A DNA stretch of 39,434 nucleotides from Halocafeteria seosinensis (lineage: Eukaryota): NCBI GenBank assembly GCA_001687465.1, contig LVLI01000614.1, positions 1-39,434 of the forward strand. Reading direction: 5' to 3'. The position numbers and the translations under genes are program-made. The notes below the pieces were generated by a model that made no database searches, had not been told where the DNA came from, and saw only the letters and a program-made list of their open reading frames with translations. Below are positions 10,046-21,984 of the stretch, in pieces. How positions within the stretch are numbered: the stretch's first letter is position 1; each line of letters opens with the position of its first letter.

Positions 10046-12342
10046 ATGTCCCAATCCGGCTCCGGTGGCCCTGATTCGGGACATAGAGGCCATAAACGAG
10101 ATACAGATGAGATACCCGAAGGGATGGGTCCCAAGGGGACCTCCTACAGTATCATCCCTGAGCGCATACGCGGGCGATTGGCTGATGCGTGGGCACAAAG
10201 AGCGAGAAACATGCCCCAGGAGCAGCAGCCTCAGCAGCTTCGAATCAACAAAATCTACGCTTATGACGAAAATGGGTACGTTTTGACGGATTTTTTTTTT
10301 CATGCTCAGCACATCGAGCATGACCTGCCGATTCGGACTGTGCATTTTCCTTGAGCTCGGTTGTGTGTATGGATGCAGGAGCCCGAAAATCCGGACACGG
10401 CCGGAAGTACTTCGAGCCTTATTGCATGATATAAATGGATATACTCGCGGTATCGATAGGACTACAGCGACCTCTTCCATGCTCCAGGAAGTTATGAACA
10501 GGCTCTCAGAGACAGGCGCATTCACGGATGTGAATCTCCGACTCACATCCCCCCAAGGGTCGTCGAGAGACCGTCGGCAATCGCATCAATACGGGGAGAG
10601 GATCCCTCAAGCAGATTTATGTCTAGGACTCACGGAGAGATCATATTCTCTCCAAACAGGAGTATCAGGAACTCCACAAGGGAGTCTAGAAGCTGTAAGT
10701 CGTTCTAGCCATCATGAAGAGCACATGGACGTGGTTTCAACATGTTTGAATTGTTTGTTTGGGTGCGCAGTACACCGAAGGGTCATTGGTCAATATGTTG
10801 GGCAGTTTAGAGACTATAACCTGCAAGGTGATGGCTGCGAAGAATGCTGCTATTAGGGCAGAATGGGGACTAAGTGAATCGGGGTCCACCAAGTCGAAGG
10901 ACAAAGAGGATTCTTTCAGTAGCATAGCTTCACCGTCGGTGGAGTTAGGATTTTCTAAACCTACGTTCCAAGGTACCCGCTGGGGCATTAAGGCCAATGC
11001 CCGAATGGATGAAGACGACTTTACACACCGAAGCCGTTTTGTTAATAAAGTACGTCATGCTGTGACTTCTACGTTCGTTTTAGCCCGTCTAATACTCATT
11101 CTCTGACGTTCTTGTCACAGGTCACTGAAGCTGACGCTTCATTCGTCTCTCCTAACAAGCGACATAGCATTGGGATGTTCTCTTCGTGGAGAAATCCGGT
11201 TTATCATAGAGCTCCAAAACGCCATTTCAAAGCGGATGCGCCTCCAGAGTAAGCTGCTTTCATTCGCAGTGTGCGCCTTCTTTCATTTTTCATCACTTTC
11301 TTGCAGAGTGGCAAAATCTTGCTCAGCAAGTTCTGCATCCGGATTCCGGTATATGTATGAGAATAATCAACGTCAAGGTGACAGTGCACCCGTTTCAGGA
11401 TCATATTCGCGACTCTTGGCTGAGTTTGCCCATCCTGGTGTAGCTGGTGACTGCCGATTCGTGCGTTTTGAGAATACGTACGAACGGATCGTCTCGTGGG
11501 GTCGTCGCATGCCTGATACCGGGTACGAGAAGCCCTTGTCGAAAAGCCGTTACAATTCCCCTGCAGATAAATCTGCTCCGGGCACGAATCTATCTCCGCA
11601 ACCACATCCAAGCGAATCTAACATACTGTCAGGATGGCTCAGCGAGCCTCAGAAGGAAACTTCAGAAAGAAGGAGAAAGGGCAAAGAAAAGTTTACACTA
11701 TCCCATCAAATATCTGGATGGCTATCACCCGGTATTGTAAGTCTGCGCTGTGTTCTCGCATCGATACGAGTTGAAAGTCACTCTTGGAATGCATTGACTA
11801 CTCTGCAGACTGCACGAGCAGAGTGGAAGGGCGGTTTACTGCTTTCTCCCAAACTCTTAGATTACCTACGAGGTGATCCATCGGCAGCGAACTCCAAAAG
11901 CTCGTTCATCTGTGATAGATACTTTTTAGGCGCTCCTGCTTTCCGAGGGTTTACTTTAGCCGGAATCGGTCCCTCGTCGACAATGGGTTCTGGGCAAAGA
12001 GTTGCTCTAGGCGGGGATTTGATGGGTTTATTTACAGCCAGACTACAACTACCGCCTCCTATACCTTCCATTACACTTGCTAATGCTGGCATGAGACTTC
12101 AGCTGTTTGCCAGTTGTGGTACTCTATTGAGCGATGATCAACTAGTGGCGGCTTGCAGGACTACCTCATTAACTCGCGAGTCTTTGACATCGCTGGCAAA
12201 GACGCATGGACGCGCTTCGGCAGGAATAGGAATATGGCTTCCCATAGGGCAAGCCGCCGGATTGGAAGCCACATGGACATTGTGGCAGCACTCTCACCCT
12301 TCAGACAGCCGCGCCTCCTTCTCCTTGGGTGTCTCCCAGTAG
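10046..12342 (+). CDS. SAM50: Omp85-family outer-membrane beta-barrel, SAM50-like, ~638 aa; join(10046..10275,10379..10694,10771..11049,11121..11248,11307..11736,11809..12342)
   Basis: Five GT-AG introns (103, 76, 71, 58, 72 nt) restore one frame. POTRA-like segment (KIRTRPEVL...RLSETGAFTDV), NMLGSLET, DRYFLGAPAFRGFTLAGIGP (loop-6 RGF motif), ALGGD, RASAGIGI and a C-terminal beta-strand FSLGV. Confidence 0.82.
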
Positions 12343-12434
12343 ATACGTAATTAGCTAGCTAGATTTAGACAATGAACACTACCCAACCTTGTCATTATGT
12401 TCGGTCCTTATCATTATTTCGGGCTGCTCTTGCT

Positions 12435-12739
12435 TCAATCTTCCTTGGGCTTTGGCTGCTGCGCTGACGTCTCCTCATTACCAGAGGTCATGGTCCATTT
12501 CGCCAACGAGTACACCAAGCACGGTAAGCACGGACAGCAGATGATCCAGAATCTGCAAGCGCGTCCGTGTAGCGGCAGTGAAAAAATCAATGGCACTGGC
12601 TCGAAGGGGGCCACTTGACTTACCCTTGTATGGCTTCCACTTTAAGGTAGGTCTCAAGAACGTAAAACAGGACCGAGATGGCTGTAAAGGCCGCGTACGC
12701 GCACGATAAGATGCCGTAATTTAATTCAGAGGTCTCCAT
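12435..12739 (-). CDS. Uncharacterised 77-aa two-transmembrane microprotein; join(12739..12624,12552..12435)
   Basis: ATG at 12739 and a 71-nt intron 12623-12553 (GTAAGT...TTGCAG). Spliced product: METSELNYGILSCAYAAFTAISVLFYVLETYLKVEAIQGFWIICCPCLPCLVYSLAKWTMTSGNEETSAQQPKPKED*. Two hydrophobic stretches and a polar tail. Confidence 0.65.
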
Positions 12740-13181
12740 ATTGTGTGTCTGTGAGGGTGTATTTATTGAGTATCGACCACTCAAAGAGGCTAGCAACAAT
12801 CCATGTAGTTCAAGTGGATAGTACCATTCTGACCATTCCACCATCACCATCTGGTGGAAGCGAAAAAGAGACTAGCAAGCACAAAATATATGGGCAATGG
12901 GGCTGTACATTTTTTTAGATACACAAAAAGATGGTAACTACTGTAAGCTACAATATGAATATAAAACATCCCCTCCTTCCCCAAAACAAAAACTTATTTG
13001 GCAAGCCGAGCGTTGCGTACTTGGTAATACTTCCAGGGCATTATGTGTGCATGAATCATACGGAGAACTGAACTGGGATACAGCTTCCAAACAACAGGTG
13101 TTCGCTTAAATCTGTTGGTGTGCTTTTTGTGTCACAAATTGGACCGTACAATTTGGACGAGATGCAGATTTTTATTAGCGA

Positions 13182-16100
13182 TCAATCAATAACGTCCTCG
13201 TGTTTGTTTGTTTTGGTCTGCTCTTGTCTTGCCTTCTCCAGCTCTTTGTCTTCCACTTCTGAAAACGTATCGCATAAGACACCGATAAATAGATTCGTGA
13301 ATAGCAGACCATTCACAATGACAAAGAGCACGAAGTAGGTGATCGGCACCAAGGAGTTTCGTGCATCCATAGCCGCGTACGACACAACGTGCCACTGCTC
13401 CCCTTCCATTATTAGGAATAAAGTTGTTAAAGCAGTGGAAAAGCTATCAAACGTGGCAGGTCCCAAATCGTAGGCGTCGTCACTTAGTCGCCGGAATTGT
13501 CCACCATACAACCAAACTCCGAAGACGGCAAAAACGTACATAGTAAGAAGGATAAGAGCGCAAATCGGAGCAAATGTAGAAGCTCTCTTGAGCAAACCGA
13601 AAACAAGTCTCCTAGTCGAGTGAACCACAGACAGCAACCGTAGCACTGGGAACGTTACTGCTAGTCTCATACCCACATTGACGGCAAACGTGTACCTATC
13701 TTCATCTTGGCGGATGTTGTCAGTGTGTTGGGCAACTCCAATGAAGCTTGTACCGATGATCATCATCAACGAAACCATGATAACAGCAAAATCGAACCTA
13801 TTTGCCGATATCTGATAGTTGTTTCTTGCATCTATGTCAGCTTCTTCGTCCTCTTCCGCATCATCTAGATCCATAAGCGAGGAAGCTCGACCAGGGGGAC
13901 GAGAAACCCGCCTACTGGACTTAGCTCCCCCATTTAGAGCCAAGGAGGACACGCTTTGCCTCTGTAACCACCCTTCGCCTAATTTTAAACGTTTTTTCAT
14001 CTTTCCGAACCAGAAGCGTTTCCATCCACCAAGCATGTGGAAGAACACCTCCGCTACCTGGAGAAACAAAAACCCACCTAGAATAGGGTCGGCATAGGAC
14101 GTCAAGCGAGTTCCCAGCAACATAATAGTCCAAGTGTGAAGCAGTACCGTCTGCAAAATATACAAGGTTGGAACAGAGACCATGACCGAAAACAACAAAG
14201 CAACTTACTATAAGTAATGCTATATCATATCGGACTAGCATCTTATTATCAAAGAATCGCCTAAGCCACACTCGACAAGCAGCAAGACCAGGTAAACTTC
14301 CGCATCGACTGTTTTTCTTGACTTTTGCTGTTAGAAATTCCCCGCGATACTTCCCGCTTTCAAAGTTGAAACCTCTGTAACGGTGCCGACGAAGAGAGCG
14401 ATTATAGAAGCTACTTTTAGAAAGAGTGAATGACTTTGGCAACTTACAGCTTTACCATCAGATATTCACACACATAAACAAACTCTGTGGATGTCAGTTT
14501 GTCGTTTAGTCCGACGTAGTGACTCTTCTTTATTCCGCAAGAGTGAAAGAATGGTTCGTATTCAGTCCGCTCAATTATTCCGTTCGCATTAAGATCTAGT
14601 AGAGAGAAAGCTACCAAAGGCGCAAATCTTCTCCTCGCAGTGAGACTCCGAGACCGGACATTGTAACACTCAGTATAACGTGATTGGAAGCTAACTAGCA
14701 GCAGCGATCCCAAAATGAACATTCCTGCGAGAGAAATAATAATGAAATACGGTCGGTAAATTGTACCAACGAAACCTCCGTCGTCTGTTGGATCCTCATT
14801 GGGGTATGTGATATCGTCATAGTTCTCCCCAGTAGCAGCCAGAATGAATATTGTGTACCAGCTAGATTGAAAGTTCGAAAAACCTCTGCCCAGCCCAGGT
14901 AAAGCAAAATCATCTAGTTCGTGTAAACGCAACCCTGGGTTCGCTCCTTCAACGGCAGTGTTTTTTACTTGCTGATCTAGTTGTCTGATGTTCTCTGTTT
15001 CATCTAGTCCTGGAGGAGTATCATCGCCGGTGAAAGGAATTGTATCACTGACTTCCGGACCTTCTCCGCGTGTAGGGGCACTTCCTAGGTCCGTATAGTC
15101 ACTGAATAGGGCAATCGAAACAGCAGCTACTATTATCGTAAATGTAATGAACAAGGTAAACGTTCGTCTAGCGAGAAGAATAGTACTTCCTAGAGCTTGA
15201 AGAGATCGCCTCACAGGAGACACTCGCATCACCACCAAAAAGGGTCGAATAAGAGCTGTCAGGGGCAGCAACGTGGCAGAGCGTCCTGTTCTGTAGTCGA
15301 CTCCAAGCCTTACAAGAAAGTCAATAGATAGTATCAACAGCATCAGTGATCGCACGACTACTAGAATCCTGTACGATGGAGCTTTTGTATTCGAAGTTCT
15401 CGGTGGTTTGGCCACGCTATGCTCTCCACGCTTGGGAGCGGCAGCCGAATAGCGGTCACGTTGGCGCATGGCGGCTGTTACGTCGTATAACGAATAATAG
15501 TTCTTCCGTATGCCTTTGAGATATAGTCCCAAAGCATTGTCAGTCACAAGTACGAACAGGATAAATAACTCTACAAGTAAAACCTGCGCCCGTAGCTTCC
15601 GCACTGCCTCGACGGGCTCATCAGCAGACAGTGGTTGTGCCCCGAACGCCGACTTGCTTTCAACAGACCAGCCAGTCCTGCCATCTACACTTGTATCCAC
15701 AGGAAGCTGCTCTTTGCCTTCAAATGCAGCACCGACGTCCACTTCCATATCTTTGCTCGAGCTCTTAGGGGAATCCGCAGGCCACAAAGGGGTTACACCG
15801 TCATCCGACATTGTGCCAACTATAACGGCTCTCTCGAGAGTACCGGTACCGACAACTGTATCGCTCGCCTCGAAAAAGGCTAAACACAAGTAAGCTGCCA
15901 AAGCTAAATATATTAACCCTTTGTACCACCTCGTGGAAATAATACTATGAGCACGCTCAGCGGTCCACCTTCCGAGTTTTTCTAGGTAGACCGCCTCCAA
16001 GGCATGCCTGTCCGATGCATACATATGAATGTATTCCCGAGCCCTACGGAATATCGACAGCTCCCAGTAATATACCTCTTCACTAACAAGCTTAGGTGAA

Positions 16101-19100
16101 CCACCGCCGGCCATAACAGATAACCGAGACTTCCTCTTATTTCCGGTTTGTAGCGGATTCGCTGTTGCATCCACAGTATCCTCTTCTTCGTTAGCTCGTT
16201 TCGAAGCTTGTGGTGTGTCGGACCGCATTCCCCTAGTCTGCGTTCCCGCAAGCACATTAGAAACGTGGTTAGAGTATGACGATTTCCCTCCAAGCAGGTT
16301 TAGACGCCTCCATGTTCGTTCAAGACAGCCCTCGGAGGCTTCCTGTTCCCTATCTTTCAAAGCCTCCTGGATACGAAACAATTGCCAGCAACTCCAACGT
16401 GATCCATAAGCGTAAACATTGGACACAGAACCGTGAATAGCGTGCATGGCAGACTCAATTGCTGGATCTGCTGGTACCATCATTTCATCGGCATCGAGTG
16501 TGACAAGCTCGGATTGGGCGGTACTATCCTTTCCCAGACCTTCTGAGACTGATAAACGAGACTTGGAGGCTATTCTATGCAGGTCATGGTAAGAGGAATC
16601 CCTCGATGCTGTAGATGCCATACTTGCAAGGCGTGCAAAAGTTCGAATTTTGGTTATTCTTCGCTGGTGGTCACTCTGGTTGGCTTCACTCTTGCTTTCA
16701 TTGCCAACCGGCTCAGGTTTCTTGGGAGGTTGAGAGCTCACGCGAATAAAATAAGATCTCAAATCAGTCGTCAATGCTCCAGCCAACAAGGTACAGCAAA
16801 GTAAAGGACCGATAGTTATCAAAAATAGTGCCCACTGCCAACTGTCAGATTCTCGCTTAATGGTGCGCAAGTGAATCAAACCACTAGCGATTACGTCTAA
16901 GTCACTTCCTGTTCGCAATGTCGCAGCCAGAGTGCTGCCTAAAAACTTGTCGAGATTGTCGTCGACGTTGACACTTTGAATGTTCGGGTCACCGACGCAT
17001 GCCCGAATGAGTCCACCTGCTGAGCTGGCACCCCCAACCACATGAGTGTTTGCTACGTACTCGGCAAGCTCCCCAACGCCAATGTAATTCACAGCGTTCG
17101 CCACCGTTGTTTGGATTCTCCCCAATTTTGTGGCAGTTTGGAGAAGAGAGCTGGCATCCTTCCGGTACTGGAAAAGGTCAACGCTTCCAGAAATGGCGAG
17201 CGCGGAAGTACTGATGTAGACATCTTCGCTTTCGGCTGCAAACGCACGCTCAAGACCTACGTTCTCTACGTCTACTTGTAGAGATCCACCATGAGATGCT
17301 CCCAAGAGTAAAGCAGCGGGGCGCAACACAAAGTCGAAATCTTCTTCAGAGTCGTGTGAAACTGCAGCTCCCGTGAAAAATGGGGATGCACTTGTTTTCC
17401 GACTGGGGAATGAAGGGCAGTTACCCGAACAAAGAATATTCTGTAGCCGTACAGCTGCATTCTTTATCACTTCCACCGTTTGATCGCTTTGCGCATCGGC
17501 GACCTCGTCAAACGTTACTGTTAAAGCGCGATCAAAAGATGTTGAAAAGACTAGTAACCTTGCAGCACTAATCTGCAACGAATCAAGGGTATGCATAAGA
17601 CGCAGCGGGCCCTCCGAAACCACCAGTCGATGCGGCTGGTGAAACTGGTCGATATCAAACTCAAACGGTGAGGTGTTGTCAAAAGGACTAAGCGTGCTAA
17701 ACTGCAGTGGCACAGATGCAAGCCTCTCGTTTAGGGTCGACATTGTCATCTCCGCATGAGCCCTCGTAAGCACCAAGTACCCATCTTCACTGAAATGATA
17801 CGTCGCGAGAGTAGCGTTCAGGGGTTGTTTTCCAATTAACCTTGAGTCCTCCAGAGGTTGGAATAGATTACTCCCTATATACCGAGAGAGCGATTCGCTG
17901 ATTTCCACACTATTCTGAGGAATCGGACTTGCGACGAAATAGGATAATGAAAGAGTCCGAGCTCCACTCACAAAACTCCTAGCTTCCGGTGCCACAACCG
18001 AGACGGTATTTGCAGTAAAAAAGCTGCGCGATAATCCCGATCGAGAGGGTGCCCAGAGGGTGTAGGTAGGTGTCCACGTTGCAGAAAACATCGAGTCGAC
18101 AACTTGCGAGGGGAGACTACGTTGGCTACTGATGGAGGAGTCACACAGCTCCGCGGTTTTCTTCCCCGACGTGAAGTTGTTCTTTACAAAGTCGAGCATG
18201 TCAAACCAAGGAAGTTCGGTGATGCTCAGGTCGGAAATGGTCTGCGCTACGGGTTGGAGCCTTGTTAAGACGTTTGAACGCCACCTAGTCAAGAATACTT
18301 TCTGCAATTGAAACACAGGGTCTCGCTGAGTGTTTCTATCTTCTAAAGCCGAAATAGATCGGAGAATCTCTAGTGAGATAACGTCCATCGCTAGACTCAT
18401 CGCCGAACCGTGTGAATGGTAGAGTACGTGTCCATTCACTGCTGCAGGGACTCCCTTACCATCGATGTAGTTGATCCGCATGTTTGATACAGAGGGATAA
18501 ATAACATATTCTGTCACTTTTTCATCTTCCAACTCGTCCTTATCAAGTAGTGATACAGATCCTAATATCGGATCATTCCATGCTGCCGCGAAGGCACTCT
18601 GAAAGTTTGTCCCTGCCTGTTTTGCAGACAAATCTGCCACGAGAGCTTCTACTGAGAGTGCTATAGGTTGCGCGGCAGAATACCCTTCAGCGGCCCAAAT
18701 AGTCGAACCCATGCTGTCACTCCCATGGCCTACCTGCTCCAGAGAATATATGCAGTCAATGTATGCCAGAATAGCTGAGGCTTTCGAAATATGGTAGTCA
18801 ATCCAATTGGGAGGAATGTCAACCAACGTAGTATTGAAGAAGAGTTCCCGTCTTCCAATGGCAGCTACAATGGACGACATATAGGCCGATCTACTGTTTT
18901 GAACATCCTCGATGAATGTGTCCAGAACGGTGTCATTTTCAGCGAAAATAGAAGAAGAGCCGACGAAGTGAACAACCCGCATATCCGCCGCCCCGTTTGT
19001 TGCCAGTTGTCTCAGCGAGGCTTCGTGTTGGGTTGCTCTAGCGCCCATGGTAGCGGCAATTTCAGCCACGCGGACAGAAATGTCATCCGTCGCTGAGCCC

Positions 19101-21421
19101 CAAGTAGACGAAGCGGCGAATGTCAAGAACATTGTCAACGCAAATGTACCCAGCATGATGCCTATGGTATGCGGGCGTAGTCCTCCCAATACTGCGTCAT
19201 CACCAGTTTGACCATCACCTATATTACCCGATTCCACCTTCTTCGCAGACGTAGTGGAGTGGGAGGCTTCAAAGAATCCTTGCATCCAACGAATCACTTT
19301 GTAGTCTGAGGAATGGTCCCGAGGGTATGTCATCACCCTGATATGCAAGATCGCCACAGCACTCAAAGCCATGGCCGAAAGCGTTAGCACTATGCCAAGG
19401 GCCATTTGCGGGCGCAAGTAACGAACTATCCGTGACCGTGGAGTGGACACAAATACACCCCATGAAGGAAGGAAGAATTCCTTTGCTTCGAGTGCAGAAT
19501 CGCTCGGTGTATTAGGAAGTGCAGCTTCACCAAGTCGAAAGAGCTGAGAAACTTCAGGATCCACAGTCGGGGCAGATATCGGCCACCCCTTTTGAGATCC
19601 AGTATGAAATGCTAAGACAACATCTCCAGGTCCACTGTCGCCGGACCATGGTGATCTGTAGAATGAAGCTGTTGTAGCCCCACTTGGATCTTCGTCCGTA
19701 TCTATGGGCCACCAACTAAGTGAACCAGGGAATACCGGACCGTAGAAGAGAGATTCGACGAATCTGCCTTTCAAATTTTCATGAAGCTCTCCCAGCTTGG
19801 CTTGCGACAACTCCGAAAACTGAGTGAGCTTTTGAGATGAACAAATTTGTAGAGGGCTGTACCCCGGAGGCAGTGGTTCTCCAGGAATAGGCGGAAAAAC
19901 GGACTCGTGTTTCCAACTAGAGCTCTCAACCATGTCTTCCTTCGATTTATCCGAGCCTACTACCGCAGAACCACTCAGTTCAACTATACCAAAGCAGCCT
20001 CCGTCAGCGAGAGAGTAGCCTGACCCCGTAACTGGACTGTCTTTTTCGTCTGCAGCCCCGGAAACTGCCAAAGCTGCCATTACCTTCTCTGAAAAGATAG
20101 CTGTGTCTACCCCAATGCTAACGACGACAAGCGTGTCTTCAGTTTCTAGTCTCCGCAGGACTGGAAGTGTAAACACGGCCACTTGCGACAAGCCAGTCAA
20201 ATGCTCGATGTGTGGAAGCTGTCGGAGCTGCGACGTTGTCAGCACGTGCCAGCGTGGTGACAAGAGTCGTTTCCGAGGTAAGCGCTTCCCGTCCATGAAA
20301 ATTGTGCCGTCGTTGATAAAAGATGTTGAAGACCAAATGTCGTTTCCACATTGCTTTTTGAAGGGATAACATCTGTGGGAGTCAGACTCGCACTCCAACT
20401 GGCCTAGTCTTCCTGCTCGGATCGTTTCTCGTTTTACGCTTTCGTGTGTGAACCCGAGATTCTCAGTTTCGGGTATATCCACCGTTCCCCAATGGTAGTA
20501 GCTTTCACACATAACGCCGTCGTGCGAATTCGTGCAGCATTCTCTCCAGTCTACTTCGGTGCAATTCTGGGCACATCCCGGGAGGCTTTCATAAACTGTA
20601 ATTTGGTTCTTTGTTTCCATCCTCGAAGATGCCCCTAACACTCTTCTGGCGCTAAAATCCCACACGTCCATCCAAATCAATTTTTCATCCTCCGCCACCT
20701 GTTTACCCAGGTAGCTTTTGAAATGCGTCCACTGCCGCTCCACAACGTCACGGAATCCCTTATCGGTAAAATTTTGCAAAGTCATTAGTTGTCCCGTAGA
20801 ATTCATTAGACGGTTGTAGAGCCTGCCAACCATTTGACTTTTAACGGCGTATTCAGTCGCTGTATTTCTAACCTCATTTGTCGCTAACATAGCCGTGCTA
20901 TTCATCATGTTCCCTACAGTCGTATCCACACTGAGCACGCTTCCTGTGTAGCCAATGGCAAACACAAACACAGCCCCACAAAAGATCACTAGAGGTATGA
21001 GAGAGCTCCGATATACTGATGGCGCCCATTTCGGGATATTCTCTCGGTTGCATTTCGATCTGCATAGTGCTAAGCCTGATAGCTTTCCAGCCTTTCGTGC
21101 AACCACTTCCGGTTGCGCTTCATGCATTGAATTCGGTTGCTTTGTTGTTGTAGCAATCTCTTCATTTTTTGTGGATACTCCACCCTTTTCTTTCTTATGA
21201 CTGGATGAGACTGTCTTCCCAGAGAGCTTTGGGTTGTCTCGCTTCTTGCCAGATGAGCTCTCGGTAGGTTCTTCACGTTGCCCTCGAGCATTCATTACCG
21301 TGGTTTCACTTTGGCTCTTTCTCACTGCTGTATCAATAGGGTTAGTTGTCTTTTGGACCTTCTCTCTGTCACTGTTAGGTTTCTTCGAATCGGAAGAGCC
21401 TTTCTCCTTTGTGGTGCTCAT
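13182..21421 (-). CDS. Two-pore-channel (TPC)-like two-repeat cation channel with EF-hand linker and a very large N-terminal extension (4 extra TMs, two putative dCache-like domains), ~2702 aa; join(21421..14448,14374..14209,14150..13182)
   Basis: Two GTAAGT...CAG introns (73 and 58 nt) link three ORFs in frame. Repeat I: S1 ending LAFFE, S4 LTALIRPFLVVMR, pore FSNFQSSWYTIFILAATGENYDDITYP, S6. EF-hand DLNANGIIERTE. Repeat II: NRFDFAVI, S4 VLRLL, pore FDSFSTALTTLFLIMEGEQWHVV, S6 LFTNLFIGVLCDTF. Confidence 0.88.
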
Positions 21422-21799
21422 CACGGCATGCTAAAGAATCTGTATTTAAGTAAGGATAGCCGAAACACTGAGCTTCGCTACTTTGACTCCTTGTGGGAGA
21501 TCGGTATTTTGTCCAATCTCTTCCAAAACTTGCACCCTAGATGAAACTGGAAAACATCGACAACACTGAGCAATGGAACAAGGCGGGTTGACGTTTTCCC
21601 CCGACTCTACCTCTTCCTTTGATACCCTTCAACTGAACTGCCCCGTCACCATCCACTGCAGAGTACTTCTTTCCACCTATCGTTCCCCGTGCACTCACCT
21701 GCCGGCACAAACAGAGGACAAGAGCAAAATACCTACTCTCAGGGACACTCTGTACGCGCTAGAAACAAGGCATAGATTCTGTTCAATGTAGTTTCTTTG

Positions 21800-21853
21800 C
21801 GAATTTCCCGGCCCTTGTCCCGGGAACGCTTCCGGGCTCGAACGGGAAATTCG
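21800..21853. repeat. 11-bp perfect inverted repeat (CGAATTTCCCG / CGGGAAATTCG) with GC-rich 32-nt spacer, in the divergent channel/RRP5 intergenic region
   Basis: Arms at 21800-21810 and 21843-21853. Inner GCCC (21811-21814) and GGGC (21834-21837) can also pair. Confidence 0.85.
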
Positions 21854-21984
21854 GGGCGCCGAAAAGTTTGTCTCGTTGAAGTTGGTATTTTTTTGGGGGA
21901 GCGAGTTCGATACTGACACCTCCTCGGGAATCAAGTGTTTTGATGCTTTTTCAAAGCGTTCTCGGGTTCATATTCCAAGGAACA

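Noticed and set aside
14375..14447. Apparent frameshift or stop readthrough between the abutting channel ORFs (14444/14442)
   Set aside because: Fully explained by a canonical 73-nt GTAAGT...TACAG intron.
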